Source: Eledone cirrhosa (lineage: Eukaryota). Taken from it: a DNA stretch of 64,000 nucleotides. The stretch is from assembly GCA_964016885.1 (NCBI GenBank), contig OZ024743.1:238762001-238826000 (forward strand), written 5' to 3'. Positions 57,694-64,000 of the stretch are shown in pieces. Made by a program: the position numbers and the translations under genes. The notes beneath the pieces are model-generated. The model did not search any database and was not told the DNA's origin. It saw nothing but the letters and a program-made list of their open reading frames with translations. Within the stretch, counting starts at the first letter, position 1; every line of letters begins with the position of its first letter.

Positions 57694-58157
<464 letters not shown>

Positions 58158-58206
58158 TATATATATACCATATATCATATATCATACACACACACGCACA
58201 CACAAA

Positions 58207-58301
<95 letters not shown>

Positions 58302-58400
58302 TTGAGGTTGGTAATGGCACATGGAATATATAAGAGACAGAATACTTTTTTGTGAAAAAACATATAATTTTATAAGGTAAGGAAATAATAAAGGGTATAA

Positions 58401-58448
58401 AAAATGACCGGTTTCGATGGGTCTGCAAAAGCCATCTTTTCAGATGTT
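58401..58448 (-). ncRNA. Minimal hammerhead motif (C3, A8)
   Basis: Minus strand: CTGAAAA-GATGG..CCATC-GAAA-CCGG-TC. Confidence 0.6.
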
Positions 58449-58610
58449 GATTAATATTAAGAAAAATTAATAATAAGAAGAGTTAAAATTTGAGATTTGA
58501 AAATTCAAGTATAAAATTCATTGTGGGATTTCACAGTAGTTTTCATCTTGGTAGCTCGTTTAGCAGCTCGTTGACTGCTGGGTGCCTTTCTGGTAGTGAA
58601 TGATATATAT

Positions 58611-58843
58611 ATATTTATTAAAATAACAGATTAAAGTTTAAGCAAAGAATCGCTGCTTTCACCCTAAACGGGATCTTCTGAAACTAGTTTCAGAAGATCC
58701 CGTTTAGGGTGAAAGCAGCGATTCTTTGCTTAAACATTAATCTGTTATTTTAATAAATATTTGCTCTACGGTTCTTATATATTTGATATATATTTATCCT
58801 TATCGAGCCCTCTTTGGATTTTAGTCTTCAAATTTATTATTAT

Positions 58844-58850
<7 letters not shown>
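58611..58850. mobile_element. Palindromic pLTR fragment (CAGAAGA hammerhead family)
   Basis: Fold-back centred on AAACTAGTTT at 58681-58690. Confidence 0.8.
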
Positions 58851-58915
<65 letters not shown>

Positions 58916-59205
58916 AGACTGAATAAAAATGGCGTAGACATACAACACAACAGGAGGAAAATATAACACCACTGACGATGTTGCAGATGTGCAACGAAAG
59001 ATTTATGATAAACTATATATATGTGTTTGTGTCTATATTGTATCTGTATTATTTTTGACCGTCGGTCAGTCAATGGCAATATTGAGGACCGAGAAAGTTA
59101 GATTACCGATATAAAAGACAGCGAGAAGCGAAAACCAACCAAACAGTGAGTGCGTTCTCTTATTAATTCTGGCAATATTACACAAATATGACCCTCCCCA
59201 AGTAT

Positions 59206-59292
<87 letters not shown>

Positions 59293-59496
59293 TAACAGAT
59301 TAAAGTTTAAGCAAAGAATCGCTGCTTTCACCCTTAACGGGATCTTCTGAAACTAACAAAGTCAATCTGTGAACGCAGAAGTGAATATTTCAAAAAACGT
59401 TGCAACCGGAGGATGACAGGAAGACGATACTTTGGTTCGTGGAAACGTTCCCTGGCAAAGAACGGGAAAAAACGAATATAATACGTCATTATTTGG

Positions 59497-59684
59497 AGCG
59501 GTGGATTGGCAGTATCGGTAGAGGGTCGGACGCCATGCTTTCCAGCATAGTTACGTCCCTTTACCATCTGAGTTCAAATCCCGCCGAGGTTGACTTTGCC
59601 TTTCATCCTTACGGGGTCGATAAAATAAAGTACCAGTAATGCACTGGTAATTGCTGGCCTTGTGCCTAAAGTAGAAACAATTAT
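59497..59684 (+). mobile_element. tRNA-derived (ATT)n SINE in the left PLE arm, 16-bp TSD
   Basis: TSD ATTATTTGGAGCGGTG at 59488-59503 and 59680-59695; the right arm shows the empty site. Confidence 0.92.
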
Positions 59685-60055
59685 TTGGAGCGGTGAAAAT
59701 CAATTACACGCAAAGACAAAACCACGTTTATGGTATCAAAGAAGTCATAGACTAATATTCTATTAGGTGTTTCATAGAGACGTTCTCTGGCATTGAACGG
59801 AAAAAACGAAGATAATACGTCATATGTGGAGCGTGGAGAACAATTGCACGCAAAGACAAAACCACGTAAATGGTATAACTGAAGTCGTAGACTAAAATTC
59901 TAACTAGGAAACCGAATGATTCTCGGCTTCAGAGTTAAGAATAAAGTAAATAAAATACAGAGGTAATTGAAATTAAATAAATACATACATTCATCCATAT
60001 ACGTACATACAAAAGCATACGCGAAAACACTCGCCATAGGTATACAAATACACGC

Positions 60056-60088
<33 letters not shown>

Positions 60089-60480
60089 CGTGTATACACA
60101 TAATTAAATAAACGTATATAAATAAATAAATACGTATATAACAAGCACACACACATACCTACATGTAAATACACATATGTTCGGAGACGTACGTCAACCT
60201 AAACAAGAAGTAGACATATACACACACCCTACATACGTACGAACCCGCATACTCACACAGACGCAAAACGCACGTATACACATAACCAAAAGCATATGTA
60301 CCAGAATATATAAAATATACGCCATATCATATACAATCAAATATACGTACGAGAAAGTATACGTACATTCCTCAAAACATACAGGTAATATATACTTACC
60401 TATACAAATAAGTAATGGTATAAACATAACATATACTTAGCTACCACATCAAGACGTAATATATCCGCGTATAGATCGTA

Positions 60481-61131
60481 CTATCCGTTAGGGTATAATG
60501 TGGGGCTGTAATACAGGAAAGTGTTGTGCAATTTATGTTTACAAGCCGAAATTGCCTCAGATTTTTTGTTTAAGATGTGGTTTGTGGCGTAGAGTATTTC
60601 CAGGGCCTCAGCGGCGCAGAGGTCACATGGTCTTTTATTTCCGTTATACGATCTAGCTCTAGCTAGGATCTCCCAGTGTAACTTATATTGGGTGTGGTTG
60701 TCTTTTAGACTCCAGATATAAGCTGAAAGTGACGTCATATTCCTTCTTAGAGGGTAACGAAAAGAATATGTATGCATGTAAAGACGCTGCTTGAATCTAT
60801 TGGCGGTTAACCCTATGTAGGCCCTACGGGACGTGGGTGTTTCAACCTTACATTTGTAGACAACGTTACTAGAGAGGCATTTCCCGGATAGGAGGCAATC
60901 AAGCCGATTCCTACAATTACAGTTAGTACTAGCTACAGGGTTGCACGTGTTCCTACGGCTAGGCAGTTTAGCTAAATTTGAAGTTGTGATGTTATGTGCA
61001 AGGTTAGGAGTCATAGAGTAAGAAATTTTAATAGTATTTCTATTAAAAATTTTACTACATTTATGTGTAGGGGGAAAATGCTTTGTAATAAGGGAGGGAA
61101 AGATCTTAGTTAATGGTGTGGCCACCTCCAT
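60481..61131 (-). CDS. PLE C-terminal GIY-YIG endonuclease (Nematis-like CNC..C..C linker), open over 216 aa but 5'-truncated
   Basis: KIFNRNTIKISYS, CNCRNRLDCLLSGKC, VVYKC..YIGLT..FKQR..H, CDLC..E..LNKKSE..CKHK. Confidence 0.85.
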   Translation of the reverse strand: MEVATPLTKIFPSLITKHFPPTHKCSKIFNRNTIKISYSMTPNLAHNITTSNLAKLPSRRNTCNPVASTNCNCRNRLDCLLSGKCLSSNVVYKCKVETPTSRRAYIGLTANRFKQRLYMHTYSFRYPLRRNMTSLSAYIWSLKDNHTQYKLHWEILARARSYNGNKRPCDLCAAEALEILYATNHILNKKSEAISACKHKLHNTFLYYSPTLYPNG

Positions 61132-61835
61132 ATTATATAGCGTGTTATACCATATAATGCGTCGGGATCTATTTCTTCTAGATCTATTCTCGAACTCTGT
61201 ATATTCTACATTATCGACAAATCCACACCGAGCAAGAGCTTCATTGTAATATGTGGAATAGTCGTTGAAAATATACTCGTTAGGAGACGGTAAATATACG
61301 TTTATTTAATTATTTGTATACACGCACACACGCACATATATATATGTACGTATATTTGTATACCTATGGCGAGTGTTTTCGCGTATGCTTGTGTATGTAC
61401 GTATATGGATGCGTGTATGTATTTATTTTATTTACTTTATCCTTAACTCTGAAGCCGAGAATCATTCCGTTTCCTAGTTAGAATTTTAGTCTTCGTCTTC
61501 AGTTATACCATTTACGTGGTTTTGTCTTTGCGTGCAATTGTTCTCCACGCTCCACATATGACGTATTATCTTCGTTTTTTTCCGTTCAATGCCAGAGAAC
61601 ATCTCTATGAAACACCTAATAGAATATTAGTCTACGACTTCTTTGATACCATAAACGTGGTTTTGTCTTTGCGTGTAATTGTTTTTCACTGCTGCAAATA
61701 ATGACGTATTATATTCGTTTTTTCCCGTTCTTTGCCAGGGAACGTTTCCACGAACAAAAGTATCGTCTTTCTGTCTTCCTCCGGTTGCAACGTTTTTTGA
61801 AATATTCACTTCTGCGTTCACAGATTGACTTTGTT

Positions 61836-61886
61836 AGTTTCAGAAGATCCCGTTAAGGGTGAAAGCAGCGATTCTTTGCTTAAACT
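61836..61886 (+). ncRNA. Hammerhead-like motif with U4A core (CAGAAGA)
   Basis: AGTTT-CAGAAGA-TCCC GTTA AGGGT-GAAA-GCA..TGC-TT-AAACT; six copies in the window. Confidence 0.6.
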
Positions 61887-61982
61887 TTAATCTGTTATTT
61901 TAATAAATATTTGCTCTACGGTTCTTATATATTTGATATATATTTATCGTTATAAGATTTTAGTCTTCAAATTTATTATTAT

Positions 61983-62028
<46 letters not shown>

Positions 62029-62255
62029 AATGGCGTTGTTGCTAATATGAAAATATGAATAAAAATAGACCGAGAAACAAGAATGTACTTCATCAGTAGC
62101 CTGCTGATTATCGTTGGTATTTCTTCGCATTAATGACTAGATACCTAAAATCAGTGCGAGCGATAACTAAATTAAGTTATCGGGACAGAGGAAAAAAGAG
62201 GAAAGGAAACAAACAAATGGTAGTAATGCAACGTACGAGAGAGAGGAGAGAGAGA

Positions 62256-62337
<82 letters not shown>

Positions 62338-62583
62338 GTGAAGGCGTGTGGCCGAGTGGTTGTGAGCTCGATTCCTGGACCGCGCGATGCGTTATGTCCT
62401 TGAGCAAGACACTTTATTTAACGTTGCTCATTCTACCTGGAATTGCGACCGATAGATAGTATGGCAATTGGAAAGACCAACGGAAACATCTAACGAAATG
62501 TCCGATCTAACGAAAAGCCGATCGACTGTCGTCGATATATCTCATATGTCATACATATATATATATATCATATATCATATATC

Positions 62584-62624
<41 letters not shown>

Positions 62625-62663
62625 GAAATACTGTTGGCTTCTTGCTCACAATAATTTCTATAT

Positions 62664-62739
<76 letters not shown>

Positions 62740-63703
62740 ACATTATATATACATATATATACACAGATATAGAAATGCAGTATATAAGTATGCGCACGTG
62801 TATGAGTGTATGTGTACGAACAACTCTGAAAATTTCACAAGTTATCTCGTTCTACATTCTGACAATTCTGTCATTCTTCTCTCATGGTTTTGGAAATTTA
62901 TTTCATCAAACCAAAAAGATGAAAGTTAGATTTGATTTCAGAGGGATTTGAACTTAAAACATAATAAGTGTCAAAATGGCGAAATAAGTGTCAAACTAGC
63001 GAAAACTTATATCACAGAATAATTTAACTACGCTCTAACAATATTTGGAATAGCACATTTCATAACGTAATCATTTCATAAAGACATACAATTTCATAAA
63101 GTTACACAATGCCTATGATGAAATAGGTCCGGTGTAACGTCTTTAATTAAAGATCTGCTCAGTCAGAGCTGACTCGAAGGTTTAGGAAGAACATCAACAA
63201 GTGATTCTTGTCAACATTTCATGAGTCTAATAATTATTCTTGCAATATCGTAAAGCCTACCTAACCCCAAAAAACGTTTGACAATTGTTTCATTCTATTC
63301 ATATTAAATATTAAAACATATTAAACTTTAAAACAAACAGATGGGGTGAAATATCACGAGTTGGATATATTTCACTTTTCTTTTTTATACAAGAAATACG
63401 GTATGTGTAGCGCAACAGCTGCTTTCCCCACTGTGAGGGATTATGGATATTATATAGAAACCTAAACGAAAAACTAATAATAAATATATAAGATTGTCTA
63501 ACTCAAATATATTACTTTTAAATACTATTAAAAAAACAACAAAAAACGAATGTTTCTTACGCGAAACCGCTTGATATCAAATCACCTGCAACCGTCTGTT
63601 GTTTTGCGATACAAAACTGGTCGTTTTAAAATGATTATATTTATCTAAAAGAGATTCAATCATAATTTATTTAAGTTATTATTTAAACATTAGTTTATTA
63701 ATT

Positions 63704-63860
63704 GTTTCTTATTTCGGCATAATGCTAGAAATTTGGGGGAGGAGGAAATTGATTTTATCGAACCCGTAAGGATCAAAGGCAAAGTGGAGCTCGGTGAGAT
63801 TTGAACTCAGGAAGTGAAAAGCCAGAACAAATATTGCAAATTATTCCTCCGACGCTCTAA
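63704..63860 (-). mobile_element. tRNA-derived SINE, long subfamily, diverged
   Basis: TTGTTTCT..GGCA..GGGGGAGG..TTTTATCGA..AAAGGCAAAG..ATTTGAACTCAG on the plus strand. Confidence 0.7.
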
Positions 63861-64000
63861 GGGCTGTCAGAAATACCAGTTTAATAAGGAGAAAGATAGT
63901 TGTATTTTTAAATCCCTCCATTCGATTCACATTAATGATACTTTATATAAATATTAAACCAAATCTATTACTTGACTTATACTATATTAGCCGACTTAGT

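Larger units (their letters stand above)
59285..61985 (-). mobile_element. 5'-truncated Penelope-like element with long inverted pLTR arms
   Basis: Arms ~59285-60120 and ~61290-61905 are reverse complements around a GIY-YIG ORF; (TA)n on both sides. Confidence 0.9.

Overview
Gene-free, very microsatellite-rich eukaryotic DNA ((TA)n, (CA)n, (GA)n, (ATT)n). The repeat content resembles a coleoid cephalopod (Octopus-like) genome; this is an inference. No host gene is supported, and most ORFs in the track are microsatellite read-throughs. The core (14.65-31.75 kb) is a head-to-tail array of four decayed Tx1-type non-LTR retrotransposons, two 5'-truncated and two full-length, three of them ending in (ATT)n. 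An abundant tRNA-derived SINE (about 13 copies) shares their 3' signature (CCTTGTG-N8-AGAAA-N2-(ATT)n) and inserts with TSDs starting in ATT repeats, which suggests an (ATT)n-targeting Tx1/SINE partnership. The flanks carry Penelope-like elements: a two-ORF Naiad-like copy with a TTTTTTA -1 slippery site, and a fold-back GIY-YIG copy. They also carry more than 10 families of (TA)n-embedded pLTR fragments with type I hammerhead ribozyme motifs, including recurrent U3-A8 and U4A core variants. RTE LINEs, bipartite non-autonomous RTEs, CORE-type SINEs and Helitron remnants are also present.
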